Below are positions 39,846 to 55,100 of a stretch of DNA of 64,000 nucleotides, one piece after another. The notes beneath the pieces are model-generated. The model did not search any database, had not been told where the DNA came from, and saw only the letters and a list, made by a program, of their open reading frames with translations. The stretch is from Octopus vulgaris (taxonomy: Eukaryota), in NCBI GenBank assembly GCA_951406725.2, contig OX597824.1:96348001-96412000 (forward strand), read 5' to 3'. Both the position numbers and the translations under genes were made by a program. Within the stretch, counting starts at the first letter, position 1. The number at the start of each line of letters is the position of its first letter.

Positions 39846-40003
39846 TGATTGGAATAAACAGATAGAACCTTGGGTTTCAATGCACAATACATATATACTT
39901 GTATATAATAATAATAATATAGGGTAAAATTAATTAATAATTTTACCAAGTAGTCAGTAGGTTAAAATAACCTTTATAGGTGAATTATACAAAATATTCT
40001 ATA

Positions 40004-40180
40004 ATTATAATCAAGGGTCAGCTAACTGCTTCGCCACGTACCAAAATTAGAAATAGAAGCTAAAGCCATTTCAACTACATTACTATTGTCTCAGAGATAT
40101 TTATATTAGTTGAAATGGCTTTAGCTTCTATTTCTAATTTCGGTACGTGGCGAAGCAGTTAGCTGACCCCTGATTATAAT
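40004..40180. repeat. Near-perfect hairpin, arms about 74 bp
   Basis: attataatcaagggtcagctaactgc...ccatttcaacta and its reverse complement at 40107-40180. Confidence 0.9.
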
Positions 40181-40395
40181 CATATTTATGTATATAATTA
40201 TAGAATATTTTGTATACTTGTACATATGTGAAAAGAGAAGGCAGGCTCAAAATTTCCAGATGATAAACAATCAAGTGTATAGATATTTTTATAGAATAAA
40301 CTTACTCAGGTTACTTGAGGAGTATAAGTTCAAATCTATTGAGCACTTCTGTTTTTTTTTTTTTATATTGAGAATCTATTGATCTCATAAGTTGA

Positions 40396-40427
<32 letters not shown>

Positions 40428-41091
40428 CTGCTTTCCATGCTGGTATGGGTTCAGTGGTTTCAAAGGATCCAAGGATCCAATGAGCTGTACCAAACTCCAG
40501 TCTTAGCTTTGGTTTCTACAGCTGATCCTGGAAACTTAAATTCATACATTTCATATTTTAATGTTTATGGGGACCCCATTTTTGTCAAAAATCAGGTTAA
40601 AAAAATATGGGAGTTTCTTATACACGGATAATATTATAATCCCTTACAAAACCTTTTTTCTCCAAATTTTAGCCCCCAAAATTAGGGGGTTCCTTATACA
40701 CGCTAAAATATGGTAGATTATAGTACTATGTACTATATACCCAGGTTGAAAAATACCCAGAGAGAATTTTGTAGAAACTGAAAGAAGCCTCGTGTTGTTA
40801 TCAATGTGAATGTCTACAATTTCCAGGGAATAAAGTTACAGATACAGACATGACTGTTTTTGGTTGAGCAGTGATGTCCCCATTTGCAACTGAACTGCAA
40901 CCAGTGATGTTTATTGGCATTACCTGCCAACAAATTGTCTGCTACTGGAATTAGAAATTCCCTTACTTAGAAAACTGGTAAGAGTTGGTGACAGGAAGAG
41001 CATCCAGCAGGCAGACTCTTGCCTTAAGTAGTTCCCTGTCTAAGCTTTACTAGCATAGAAAACACAAGTTAAGCAAATGTATGTACATAGT

Positions 41092-41914
41092 TTAATCCTT
41101 TAGCATTCAGATTATTGCCAAAGATAATCCTTATCTATTGACATTGTTTTGAATTTATTATCCTGTAGCTTTGAGATGTCAATGAGATGATTGCTAATGT
41201 TTAGAATGGAATTGCAAGATAAGCATGAAAGGCCAGATCAGGCCAGTTTGAACACAGAACAGGATGAATATTTTGGCTGGACATGGCTTGTTCAAATGCC
41301 AAAGGATTAAACTCAATAACTAAACAGTTTTTGTATAGAAATTTAAAAACCTAATCCCTTATCAAATAGTTTAATGATAAAAATAAATTAATAAAATGCT
41401 TACAAATGAGATTCAGTGATAGGACTCAAATGGACTCATTCATTAACTGTTCACAAGAGTCCACTGTGAGACGAGTCCTAGGACTCCCAAAGCCAGTTTC
41501 CTGGCTTTGTGAGACAACAACATACTCCCTAAATGGGCGTCAGCCTGGAATCGACTGGAACAATGTGGAATGAGGTGCTTTGCTCAAAGAACCCAATGTA
41601 CTGCCCAATATGGGAATTGAACCGACGATCTTACAATCACGGATGCAACAGTCTGACCATTCAGCCATGCACCTTCACTGTCCACAAAAGAGATGGAGGA
41701 AATTTAAAGAAGAGCTCCAGATATTAACAGAATAGAGTTAAACCGTTTAGCTTTCAGATTATCTTGTCAAGCGTTAATTCTTATTTATTCAGATTGTTTA
41801 TTTTTTACTATGACCTTGTAGGGTAGGTGTGAGATGTTGGATCAGGTCAGTTTGAACATAAAACAAGCAGAACATTTTCGCCAGATGTGGTCAGTTTAAA
41901 TGCTAAAGGGTTAA
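41092..41914. mobile_element. Two copies (about 41092-41310 and 41738-41914) of a TTAA-flanked piggyBac-like MITE
   Basis: ttaa(n)cctttagcattcagatt...aatgctaaagggttaa termini; related fragments at about 1540-1660 and 56440-56785. Confidence 0.55.
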
Positions 41915-42546
41915 CCTAACTCACAGACTGAGAGAGAATGATAGGGGCCCAAACAGCACGTTAAGGTTAAGATTTAACCCGCAGAGCCTGCAACACTGGT
42001 GTAGCAGTGGCAATGCAAGGTGTGCCCATGCTGTAGCATTGGTAAATCGGTGCAGGGTGACTGAGTGCAGCAAGTGTTTGATGATGCGTGATTTGATTGA
42101 CCAACCACTGGAAAGAGTATAAAGGCTGCACCAGGGTCCAGTTTGATATCATTACATATGATACACACACAGATACATACATATATATATATATATATAT
42201 ATTGTACAAAGTAAGATAGGGGTTATGGGTGTAACCCACTAAGGGATAGCATTTATCCAATATACTTACTGAGGTTCTCATTTTGTTAAATGAATATCTG
42301 TATTATATATATACATACATACACACACACACATTTAACAGGCCCTCAGGTTTTTTTCAGTTTTCATCTACGAAACCCTTTCACAAGGCTTTGGTCAGCC
42401 TGAGGCTATAGTAGAAGACACTTGCCCAAGGTGCCACACAAGGGGACTGAACTCCAAACCAAGTGGTTGGGAAGCAAGCTTCTTACCACACAGCCATCCC
42501 AGTGCCTGCAGCAACAGTATTTGAAGGTATTGGGTGTGTGTGTATA

Positions 42547-42579
<33 letters not shown>

Positions 42580-43932
42580 AGACATAATTTTTAATTAATG
42601 GTAAAAAAAATAATAAAATAAAAAATTGCTTATAATATATAGTAATAATGGTTATGAAAAATGTAGTTAAAATACTGGGAAAATATAAACTTGTTAAGCA
42701 AGTCTTGGATGCTTAACAGTTTGGAATTTCTGTGATATGTATAAATGAACTTGTAGAAGAAATGGTTATCAATTCTTCTTCCATTCTGTTTTCTTGACTT
42801 TTATAATGATTTTATGAAATGAATTCCTTGAAATAAATCACCTCTCAAGGCACTTAAACAAGTCTTTTGATAAATTGCAGTTTTTGCATTTTGATGTTTT
42901 TCCCTACCAATGCAGCTTTAAGTTTTCCATTTTTAAACTTCACCATGAACAGACTGCCTGCTTGTTCACTGTTGTATACCATTCACAGTGAACGTAATGG
43001 GTTCTCTCACTAATTTCACTGACCACAATATTGAAAATATTTAGCAGCCACCAATGGTAGAAAATGAACACAGAACCAGGTTGCTAAATTCTTTAAAAAA
43101 ATATATAAAACAATACTGGATAAAATATAAAATATAAATTATACCAGCCCCCAAAACAAAAAAAAAGGGGGGTAATATTACTGATTGTTAAATTCATCTT
43201 TAGAGTGGACATTTACTTCTCTCTCACTCATACATATATGTGTGTGTGTGTGTGTATGTATGTGTATATGGCCGCAGGAATGATTTGTAGATGGGAAATT
43301 TAGTGTTAAACATAGGGCAGTAATCTGTTTAGCCAGAAAAATCACGGCCACATATGACAAGATACTTTGGGGGAAATAGACATGGAACCCAAACGAAGGG
43401 AGGTAATAACGTTGATTTCAAATCCAGTCTGGAACAAGAGATATTTCAAGGAATTAGACATCTGGTTTCAATCAGAGACTGCAAGTTTGTGAGAGAGTGT
43501 GTGTGTGTGCACACATATATATTTAGAAGGTTGTTTGGTATGGCTGGTCAGAGAGAGAGAGAGAGAGAGAGACCATTGATTTCGCATGTATAAAGAGCTT
43601 AGTTGTAAAGGCGACCTGTCAGAATCAAATGGATAGAGGCAAAGACCAATATATATATAAATACACACACACGCATTCTCACCTGATACCACAATGACGA
43701 GAAACTTAAGTTACAAGACTAAAGTTCAGTTTCAACAAACCACACACACAATATCGTAAATGTCTACTCTAATGATGAAGTTAATTGGATCAGACAATTC
43801 TAATCTCATCAACAAGCACTCATCTTGGACATTTAATTGAAAATCTATGAATTCTTTAAATACAAACATCCAAGAGAGATTGAGGAAGGAATGAACTGAA
43901 AATATCAACAGCTTCCTCTGAGTGTCTTCTTT

Positions 43933-44075
43933 TTACCAATCTAGTTCTGCAGGATAATTTCCTGTTAAGCAAGCGGCACAATATCCATTTTTACCATCAT
44001 CTTCCATATGTTTAGCCCCTTTCTTCACAGCTAAGTGGAGCCCCTCAACAGAGAGATATTCTAAACTGTCAGCAC
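43933..44075 (-). CDS. PPAT: PPAT coding exon 11 (terminal)
   Basis: [46 protein letters not shown]. Confidence 0.93.
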
Positions 44076-47000
44076 CTGTTTGTAAAAGACAAGAAACAAA
44101 TGAAAAAAATAAATTAAAAGATTTGAAGGCAAGTTTTGTATCTACAGGTGACTTGACTGTATTCGGTATTAACTATTATTTCTATATATGTACTCACTAT
44201 TTCACTGTACTAGTTGTACTAATAACTCATTATCACCATCAGCGTTTAACGTCCACTTTCCATGCTGGCATGGGTCAGACGGTTTGACTGAGGAGTGGCA
44301 AGCCAGGGGGCTGCACCAGGCTCCAATATGACCTGGCAAGGTTTCTACAGCTGGATGTCCTTCCTAACGCCAACCATGAGTGTAGTGGGTGCCTTTTATG
44401 TGCCACTGGAATGGGAGCCAGTCAGGCAGTAAAAGTTGGTAATTATAATGGTTTAAAATTTTGGCACAAGGCCAGCAATTTCCTTGTACTCAACTCATAC
44501 TTATTTTATCAACTTGGAAAGGATGAAAGGCAAAGTCAACCTTGTCGGAATTTGAACTGCTGCCTTTAATAATAGTAAATAATTATAATAATCATAAATT
44601 CTTAGCAATGTGATTGTTTCAAAAGATGACAAAGTCAGGATGACCAAACATTAATTTACCTAAATGTTCTGCCAGTTGCGAAGAATTAAATTGGTTAGCA
44701 ATCAACTCTTCCTTGGTTGGGATGTTGATACCCATATAACATGGGTATTTTACGGGTGGAGAAGCCACCCTTATGTGGACCTGGAAAAAGATAAGAGAGG
44801 AGATCTTAGAGCAAAAATGGACACGAAAACCAAACAACTTCATATTTACACCTGAAATGTGAACATCGATCAATGAAATAACTTGAAATACAAAATTATA
44901 TTTAAATGTGAAAAAACTACTGAATTACAAAGTCTTATTTATATATCTGTCCCACCACCCCCATCATACTCTCATCTCTTGGTTCCACTCCCTCTTTCAG
45001 CTGAGAGGTCCTTGTCTTGTGAACTCATGGCTACTGGTGCCATGTATGAAGCACCCACACTGGTGCCACACATAAACCACTTGTGTTGGTGCCACGTAAA
45101 AAGCAAAAAGCACCCACGACACTCTCGGAGCGGTTGGCGTTAGGAAGAGCATCCAGCTGTAGAAACTTTGCCAAATGAGATTGGAGCCTGGTGCAGCCTC
45201 CTGGCTCTCCAGACCTCAGTTAAACTGTCCAACCCATGCCAGCAAGGAAAATAGACATTAAACGATGATGATGATATGAAATAAGTATGTGTTGTGGGTA
45301 TGTGGCTTAATGGTTAACTTATTCAGCTCATAACTGCAAGCTCATGAGTTCAATACCTGACCTTGAGCAAGACACTTTATTTCATGTTGCTCCAGTCCAC
45401 TCATCTGGCAAAAATGAATTGTACCAGTAATTCAATGGGACCAGCCTTGTCACATCCTGTGTCATGCTGAATCTCCCTGAGAGCTACATTAAGGGTACAC
45501 ATGTCTGTGGAGTACTCAGCCACTTGCACATTAATTTCACGAGGAGGCTGTTCCATTGGTTGGAGTAACAAGAACCCTCGTCATCATAATTGATGGAATG
45601 CTAATTAGGTGTTCTGTTGTGTCTGGGGAGAGTCATTTGTCTTTTTGTGCCTTATAATGTAACACACTCACCTGTGAAATTTCCACTTATTTCTTATTTT
45701 TATTTTCCTAAAATTTTGTTACATTATAAGGCACAAAAAGAAAATGACTCTCCCCAGACACAACAGAAAAGGCTTCAACACACGAACTCATATTAAGAAT
45801 CTTGCAAACCAAATCCAAAAACGAAATAATTATGTGTTGGATTATAATTAAAATATTATAGAAATATGTAAATAACGAAACACTTTTTGACTGACAGCTG
45901 GTAACATTTACCTGTCGTACCTACACCTGACAATTCAGTGTCTGTTTATTAGGCACATTATAATTAAAGAGAGAGGGAGAAAGAGAGAGTGGGGTTGGAG
46001 ACTTACTTCTGTAGCTCCTGAGGTCTTCAGTAGTTTAATGATTGGTGCCATTGTTGTTCCTCGTACAATGGAATCATCAATGAGGACAATTCGCTTGCCT
46101 TTGAAGTTCTCCGTCAATGCACCGAATTTCTTAGCGACGCCAAGCTGCCGAAGCCTCAAGCTTGGCTGGATGAACGTTCGACCAACATAACGATTCTTAC
46201 ACAATACTTCACCGTATGGAATACCAAGCTAGAAGCAGAGTGGAACAGAATACATAAATATATATAGATACAGGCTACAGTAAATAAATTGTTGTCTGAA
46301 TTATGCAAAAATGAAATTTGTTGGTCTCTCACTCAACTGCATCCCACACAAAATAATCAAGGGAGTTGCAGTTTGGGGAGTCAGGTGGCCAGATGTTAGG
46401 GGTGATGTGGTTGCAGAAATTGTCTGACAGCCATGACTGGGTTCTCCTGCTTGTGTGGTATGGTGCAGAGTTCTGTTGCCAGACAACACACATGTGTGGT
46501 GTGCGCTACGGCAGTGAGATTGAACTGAGAAGCCCATGGCTGAAAAGCAAGACCCTTAAATACAAGAGACATCATTAACCAGTAATTTCGGAAAGAAAAG
46601 AACCATGTTTCTTTGATGAAACTTCAAACATGTCTGTTTGTATATATGTTGGCATGGGTGTGTGGTCAAGAAATCGGCTTCAGTCACGTGGGTTTGGGTT
46701 CAGTCCCACTGCACAGCACCTTGAGCAAGTACCTTCTACTATAGCCTTAGACTGACTAATGCCTTGTGAGTGGATCTGCTAAATGAAAACTGCAGAAACC
46801 CACATTATATTTGTTTCTCACGACTTAACTGGTGTTGGTTTGTTGATGTCCCTGTAACTTAGTAGTTTGGCAAAAAGAGACCGAAAGAATGTGCCAGCCT
46901 TAAACCTTTTGTTATCAACCCGGCTGAAACCGGCTCTGGCTCTGTTGTACGAATGCCTTGTTTTCGTAAGTTTTGAATTAAAATCTTCCACCAAACCTTA

Positions 47001-49139
47001 GTCACAATTTATGTTCCTAACACTAGCTTAATGGTAATGAAGTTATTTTACTAAATACTTTGTTATATTTAAAGTAATTGAAAGAAACACAGAGCATCTC
47101 AAAGTAAATACAGTAACAAAAGGGTTAAAATAAGTACTGGGATGAATTTGATTGCTTAAAACTTCCAAAGCAGTGCCCCAGCATGGCCACAGTCCAATAA
47201 CTGAAACAAGTAAAAGAAACCAGCCAGAGATAGATCTGTGGTCCACACACACCGTGAGAATGTTTCTCTTCTCTGCATCAAGTTGAAGACCATAGTGTCT
47301 GGCGGCAGCAGTATTTCTTAAAGAAATCATAATGGAATAAAAGGCAGCAAGCTGGCAGAAACGTTAGCATGCTGGGTGAAATGCGTAGTTGTATTTCGTG
47401 TGCCGTTACGTTCTGAGTTCAAATTCCACCGAGGTCGACTATGTCTTTCATCCTTTCGGGGGTTGATAAATTAAGTACCAGTTACGCACTGGTGTCAATA
47501 TAATCGACTTAATCCGTTTGTCTGTCCTTAGCCCCTTGTGGGCAGTAAAGAAATAGAAATCATAATGGAATATGTCTGATACAGTCTACAGGAACATAAG
47601 AAATGTCTATATTTACCATTTCGGCATAAGCCATGGCAGCAGGTGTTGCCGATTCAGGGACGGTGCTGACCAGGTCTACGTTAACAGGGAATTCTATGGC
47701 CAGTTGTTGACCACATCTTTTCCTCACAGAATACACCATTTGACCTGAAAACAAGCATCAAGTAGCACTGAGATGGTCCAAAATCTCTACTTACCACCAT
47801 TAATCATTTCATGACAATATGTCTAACAAAATTCTTGATTATTTTTGAAACCCAAGCAAGATCTTGGAAATATTTTGGACAATGAGTCACTTCTACATTA
47901 TTAAGATGGTGTTTGGAATATAACTTAACAAAAAATTCTATCTCTCTCTCTCATATATATATATATATACAAGCAAAATGCACCTCTGTCCAATGGACGG
48001 TGCTGAGTTGTCAAACATTTAAACCAATAAAAGAGTCTCATTTAGTTTGGTTACATGGCACCAAAGGTAGCTGTGGGGAGGGAAAAGGGTAGTCTAAAAC
48101 CACAGGTGACTTCAGAGGATTGATAAAATGGCCTCAGGGTGTTGGCATTAAAAAAAAATGTTCAATAGAGTTAGGTCTTTGTCCTGTGAATATGAAATAA
48201 CCAACTGTTTTATATTCTTCCATAAAAGTGGAAGGCAGACGAAGGAAACGGTTGACATGTCTCACATGCAAGATCTTAGAACAGCTTACAACCCAAAGAA
48301 GCATTAAACTTTACCAATAAATGCAATTTTCGTCAATTCAGACAACCATTGCTCCCACCCTGGAATTTCTTCTTATTTTCCTTAAAACCTTGGCACTTGT
48401 GCCAGTGGCACGTGAAAAAACATTCAAGCGAGGTTGTTGCCAGTGCCGCTGGACTGGCTCCTGTGCAGGTGGCATGTAAAAACACCACTTGAGCGTGGCC
48501 ATTGCCAGTACCACCTGACTGGCCCTCATGCTGGTAGCACGTAAAAGCACCCACAACACTCTCTGAATGGTTGGCGTTAGGAAGGGCATCCAGATGTAGA
48601 AACTGTCAGATCAGATTGGTGCCTGGTGCAGCCGTCTGGTTCGCCAGTCCTCAGTCAAATCGTCCAACCCATGCTAGCTTGGAAAGCGGATGTTGAACGA
48701 TGATGATGATTTATTTGTTTCAATCATGAAGAATTTAGTTGAATTTGATTTCCAATACTTATTTTTAAGCCAAGTGGTATATCGATATTTTTTGCTGAAC
48801 TGCTAAGTTACAGGGATGTAAACAAAGCAACAAGGGTTGTCAAGTAGTGAAGGAACAAAACACACAGACACACACACACTTTCATACGATAAGCTTCCAG
48901 TTTCCATCTACCAAGACACACATACACTTACATATAAATATATATATACACAGAAATATTAATTTATTTATTATCCATGCATAGAGTTGCTGAAGCATGG
49001 AATAAACTGCCTGCGTCAGTTGTTGACTGCCATGACACTGCATCTTTTAAGGCCCTCATGCTTTCCGAAATCCGCCGAAACTTCACCTGATTATATATAC
49101 ACTTTAGATGAGTTGTAGTGCACCTGAGCACTGTACACA

Positions 49140-49173
<34 letters not shown>

Positions 49174-52100
49174 CACAGAAATATTAATTTATTTATTATC
49201 CATGCATAGATTTAAATAATTCATATCAAACCTTCCATAATGCTGTCCGGTCGGGCAAAATAGACATACTCGAAGATGCAGAAAGCAGAAGGTTTGTTGT
49301 CAGGGCAAGGAACTCGACAAAGGGACTTAACTCCACTTTGACTAATCTCAACTATTTCACCTGCAGAGAAATGGAAGACAATTTATTTATTTATTTATTC
49401 GAATTTGAGAATTCATTTCATCCCTACTCTGCTCTCTCTCCTTTATATCACTTTCCTCTGTTTTAGAGAAAGACACATTAGATAATGTATTCCAAGGTAG
49501 ACAATGTAGGGTCCGCTAGACCTTATGGTGTCTTTGCTCATTCACAATGCTGCCCTATTTTACAGTTGCTACACAATAAAGAGAGCCTACAAAATCTCGT
49601 GGGGTACAAGAAGGGATATCAGTCGACCTGTTGCCTTTTCTGTTTCAAATCATGTTTATAACGTCATGTACCAACATATTTAGGGCATGGAGCACAATGG
49701 TGGCTCGTAGATAAAATTAGTCGGGGTGCTGCTTCAGAAAAGTTTTAGCCATTGTTTTGATATTGTGTAAAAGGAAACAAACATATAAAAAGAATATTTA
49801 TACATAAACTTTATTGGTTTGCATTTGAGCCACTGCCGGGTAATGTGTTTAATTTGTTCACTGAACACCATTGTGAATTCCCTCTTGTTTTTCAAAAATC
49901 CCCACTAAATCACAAAACAAGGGGGAGGGGGGAATGTGCCCTATTTTTAAAATCCTGGCAGCAACACTGAAGCTAGAAGCAGGATCTAATATTAGACTTT
50001 ATCGCATTCAAAAATATAAAGACATTTTTAAGTACCACACATGCTGAGTCAAAAAGAAACAATACTGTGTGAATGACAGTGCTCTCTCTCCCTATCATGA
50101 AGCTTCCTATCTTGGACATGTGAGCATGTGCACAACAGCCAAACATTGCATTGCTGGAACTGTGAAACAAACTTCTATACAAGGACTTTTTGTATTTTTT
50201 TTCATAAACTAAGAGATGGCTACAGACATTAAGAAGGGCATCCAGTTGGAGAAATCATACCAAAGTAGACAGCAGAGTTTGGAGCAGTCTTCTGACTTAG
50301 CCAGTTCCTGTTAAATTGTCCAACCCATGCCAACATAGAAAACAGGCACTAAACGATGAGGATGACGATGATGTTCCATACTGGCAGGGGTTGGACAATT
50401 TGACAGGAATTGATAGATCTAAGGACTGCATCATGCTTCAGTGTCACATCTGGCATAATTTCAAAGACTGGATGTTCTTGCTAACTGCCACCACTTTACA
50501 GCATGTATTGGGCTCCCTTTCCGTGTCACCTGCACTATTTTTGTGGTTGCTACTAAAATAACTGTCATTTTAAACCCTTTTGTTGCCATACTTCTGGTGC
50601 AATACACTGCTTTGGTTTCATTTAATTCCAAAAATAAAGAAGAATTAACAAGAGCTAATTTGTCCTAATTAAGCTAGTGTTTGAAACAAATTAACATGGA
50701 ATTTTGATGGAAACCCTTAATTTCAATCACTTTAAAACTCCATGTTTGTATAATAGAACCAGGGGCAGGTCTCAGGTGTTTTGGAATCAGAGCAGTTTAC
50801 AAGTTCACTTTGCGACCATATTGTTCTGATCTGATCTCTGTTGTTGGCACTTTGGGAAAATATCTCGAAAAGTAAAATGAAGTGAATTTACGATACAGAC
50901 GTGCAGGCAAAATGGTGGAAACGTACCTGGTAAAACTTCTCGGATATATTTAGCACCAACAGCCTGGAATGAACAGGATTCTGAAGAAACCAGCCAACCA
51001 TCAATCTGTTTATAAACTTCTTCATCTAAAGATTATAAAAAAAAAAAAAATCAAGAATATTGATTTCAAAATAACTTCAGATTTATAAACTTGAGATCAA
51101 GATTGGAGCCTGGTGCAGCCTTCTGGCTCACCAGTCCTCAGTCAAACCGTCCAACCCATGCCAGCATGGAAAGTGGTCAGTAAAAAAAAAACTCACAATT
51201 ATTATTATTATTATATATACATCATCATCACCAAGGTGATGAACCGGCAGAGTCTATACATTCTGAGTTCAAATTCTGCCTAAGTCAACTCTACCTTTCA
51301 ACCTTCGAGGATCCATTAAAAAATAAAGTTACCAGTGCAATCCGTTACAAACCAGGAGCTAAGAATTCCTGAGTCTGATTTTGCCTTTGACTTTGTTCTG
51401 GCAACTTCTGCAACAGCAACGGTGTTGAGCTTTATCAGACTCCACTGTTCCTTTGGACAGCATTGGTGATGTGGATAAGAGAGACTTGCTGAAGGAGTTA
51501 TTCCTGGTCTTTCATACAACTTTACTCAAGCCTCCACTCTTTGATGTCACCTCCTTCCATTCTACACACAGACACCGAAGTGAGACTTTTTGGTGCAGAT
51601 TCTTGGTCTCGTGGAATATACAGACACCAAAGATATTCTAAGGGTGCTGGAAAGTCAGATAAAGCAGAGCTGCTGCTTAATTTTTGAGTTTAAATCTTGC
51701 CAAAATAGTGTTTTACCATCAATCTTTTAGCATTGATAAAAAGACAAACACAACAAAAAACGAAATGGCACGTTGGGCCATGTTGTGACTTACCTGTGGT
51801 GTTGATTGATTGCAGCTGACCAATACAAAGTGGACGGTTCCCAAAAGGATCTCGAACAGCATAGATCTTTGATTTATGCATGATTAGCAGAGAATACGAT
51901 ATACTGGTGATTTTCATGAGATTCTTTATCCTTGAGAATAAACGAGGCAGTTGTTTATTTATAATTATATTAATTACAACAACAACAAACACACACACAT
52001 CAACAATGTTAATAATAAGGGTAACTATGAAGAGGCATAACATTACCTTTAATTATATACAGCTTTACACAGACCAGCACAGGTTTCAAATGCACTGATT

Positions 52101-55100
52101 AGTAACAGTGTGGCTGTGTGGTAAGAAGCTTGCTTCTCAACCACATGGTTCTGGGTTCGGTTCCACTGCATGGCACCTAGGACAAGTGTCTTCTACTATA
52201 GCCTCGGGTTGACCAAAGCTTTGTGAGTGGATTTGGTAGACAGAAACTGAAAGAAGCCACTGGCCTTACCTAGGCAATGACTAGTGACCAAGACCTTTGG
52301 AGATATACTGTGCTTGAGAAGAACAGACAAACCAAGTGAGACCATAACCCGTGGCCTATACCAGTGGTATATAACCAGCCCACTTATGAGTTCCCTTCAT
52401 TCATTGGACAATAAACTTTGCTTGTGAAGACCTGTTGAGGCAAGTGAAATCAAAATTGCTGACGTGGTCGATGACAGTACTGCCTGATTGACACTCAACA
52501 CCATCTGAGTGTGATTGTTGCCAGGGCCGCTGATTGGCTCCTGTGCCAGTGGCATGCAAAAGCACCCACTACACTCTTGGAGTGGTTAGCGTTAGGAAGG
52601 GCATCCAGCTGTAGAAACACTGCCTGAACAGATTGAGCCTGGTGCAGCCTCTTGGCTTCCCAGACCCCAGATGAACCGTCCAACTCACGCAGGCATGGAA
52701 AATGGATGCTAAACGATGATGATGATGATATATATGGAAGTTCAATAAAAGGTTAAATCCCTCATTAAGGGATACCAGCAAACTGGCCCTCGTGCCGGTG
52801 GCATGTAAAAAGCACCCACTACACTTTATGTAGCCTTTTGTCTTTTCTTTATATAGGTACCAAGGGATGGTACATGTCACGTATATGGATGATGAGAACA
52901 TTGATGATAATGATGATGGTAAGTATAAATTGTACCTTGTGATCCAGTTACATCCATTTGGTTCTCCCTCCTGTGGTGTGTGTGTAAGAACTTGTGTTAT
53001 TAGTTCACTGTCGGTGCTGGTAGAAAGACCCACTCCATGCCTAAGTAACTGCAAAATATTCAAACGGGGTTTTATAAATGCAAAAGCTTTGTTTGTAGAA
53101 CATTTGTAGATAAAATCTTCAATGTTTGTAGAATATCTCAATGCAAAAATTAATATTGGAAACCTTTGTATCCAAGAATACAAGATTAACGATTGATTGG
53201 TGTTGGGCCAGTTGCAAACCTGGGCACCAAACCATTAATCTGTTAATCATTAATCAATGAAGTTAACATTTTCATTAACGATTTAACTTTGGAAATCATT
53301 ATCAGGCTAATTAACTTCCATTAACTCAAGTCAACTTGAGTTAATATAAGTTAACTTCAATTCAATTTAAGTTAACGGATTTTATAGTTTTGGCACTTTT
53401 TGAATAAAAATTAATGTTAATGGATTATTGATAACTTCCGTTACATTTTTAACCCTTTAGTTACTGTATTTATTTTGAGATACTCTGTGTTTCTTTCAAT
53501 TAATTTTAAATATAACAAAGAATTTAGTAAAATAACTTAGTTATCATTAAGCAAGTGTTAGGAACATAAATTGTGACTAAGGTTTGGTGGAAGATTTTAA
53601 TTAAAAACTTATGAAAACAAGACATTTGTAGCCAGAGACAGTTTCAACCGGGTTGGTAACGAAAGGGTTAAAGAATTAACTGATTCACAGTTAACGAAGT
53701 TAACTTTTCGATTAATAGTGCCCACTTTTGTCCAGTTGTTATTGCATATCGTACACCTGCAGAACATCAATAACACTGCAACGAAAATCTTCCCGATTAA
53801 GCGAGAGTTCTCCACATGCCTTGTCCCTCTTGTCTAAGAGCTCTCTTGGTATTGTCCATCGATTGCATCCTTTCCCAGTGGATTCCATAAATGACCAATT
53901 GTCCTAAACTTTGCTGCTACCACAACCAACGTCATTATAACTACAAAGTGTTGCTGTTACCTGTTGGCACTTTACCATTGATGACCACTACAATGCATAC
54001 CACCAGCAATACCAACGTAGATGGTTAACTTCACCACTACTGCTGCCAACCCTGCCACATTCAAAAGCCCTGGAGATGGTACTGTGTGAAAAGCAGCCAG
54101 CAAATACTGTAAAAAGTGGTTGGCATTAGAAAAGGCATCCAACTGTAGAAACCATGCAAAAAAAACCAGACAACGGAACCTGGTGCAGCACTTGTTAAGC
54201 CATCCAACCCATACCAGCTTGGAAAACAGACATTAAATGATGAGGATGATACATACATACACATATATGCATGTATGTGTGTGTGTATGTGTGTGTGTAT
54301 GTGTGTGTGTGTGTCATCATCATCGTTTAACGTCCATTTTCCAAGCTGGCATGGGTTGGACAGTTTGATTGAGGTCTGGAGAGCCAGCGGCTGCACCAGG
54401 CTCCAGTCTGATCTGGCAATATTTCTACAGCTCGATGCCTTTCCTAACACTAACCACTCTGAGAATGTAGTGGGTGGTTTTTACATATCACTGGCACAGA
54501 GGCCAGTCAGGCGGGCCTGGCATCGATCACGTTTGAATAGTGCTTTTTATGTGCCACCAGCACGGGATCAGTCAGAGGGCACTGGGATTGGCCACGATTG
54601 GAAGGTGCTATTTATGTGCCACCAGCATGGGAGTCAGTCAGGGAGTACTGGCATCAGCTGTGCCACTAGCACGGGGGCCAGTCAGGCAGTCCTGGCGTTG
54701 ATCATATGTGTGTGTGTATATATATATGACAGGCTTTGTTTTGCTTGTATCCACTTACAAGTCTTTGGTCGGTCCGAGGCTATAGAAGAAAACAATTTCC
54801 CAAGGTGTCATGCAACAGGACTGAACCTGGAACCATGCAGTTGGGAAGCAAATTTCTTACCACACAGCCACGACTGCACCTATACAAGATTACTTATTTA
54901 CAGGTACTAAATTTGTGCCTATCTGTTGAACTGCTAAGTGACTTACCTTCTTTCTCAGAGACTTGGCATTAACCAATTCGCCGTTGTGTGCCACACCAAT
55001 CTTTCCGTGTAATGTGTCAACCACAAACGGTTGGCAGTTGATGATGTTAGAAGATCCAGCGGTGGAATAACGTGTGTGGCCTGCGGAAGAAACACAATCG

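Noticed and set aside
42890-43700. Extra PPAT exon or nested gene downstream of the stop (donor-like CAG|GTGAGA near 43680)
   Set aside because: All frames examined close quickly and PPAT already ends with the conserved ELDW*; probably 3'UTR.
54275-54910. 211-aa ORF and other ORFs containing [19 protein letters not shown]
   Set aside because: Antisense translations of the high-copy SINE-like repeat, recurring many times in the window.
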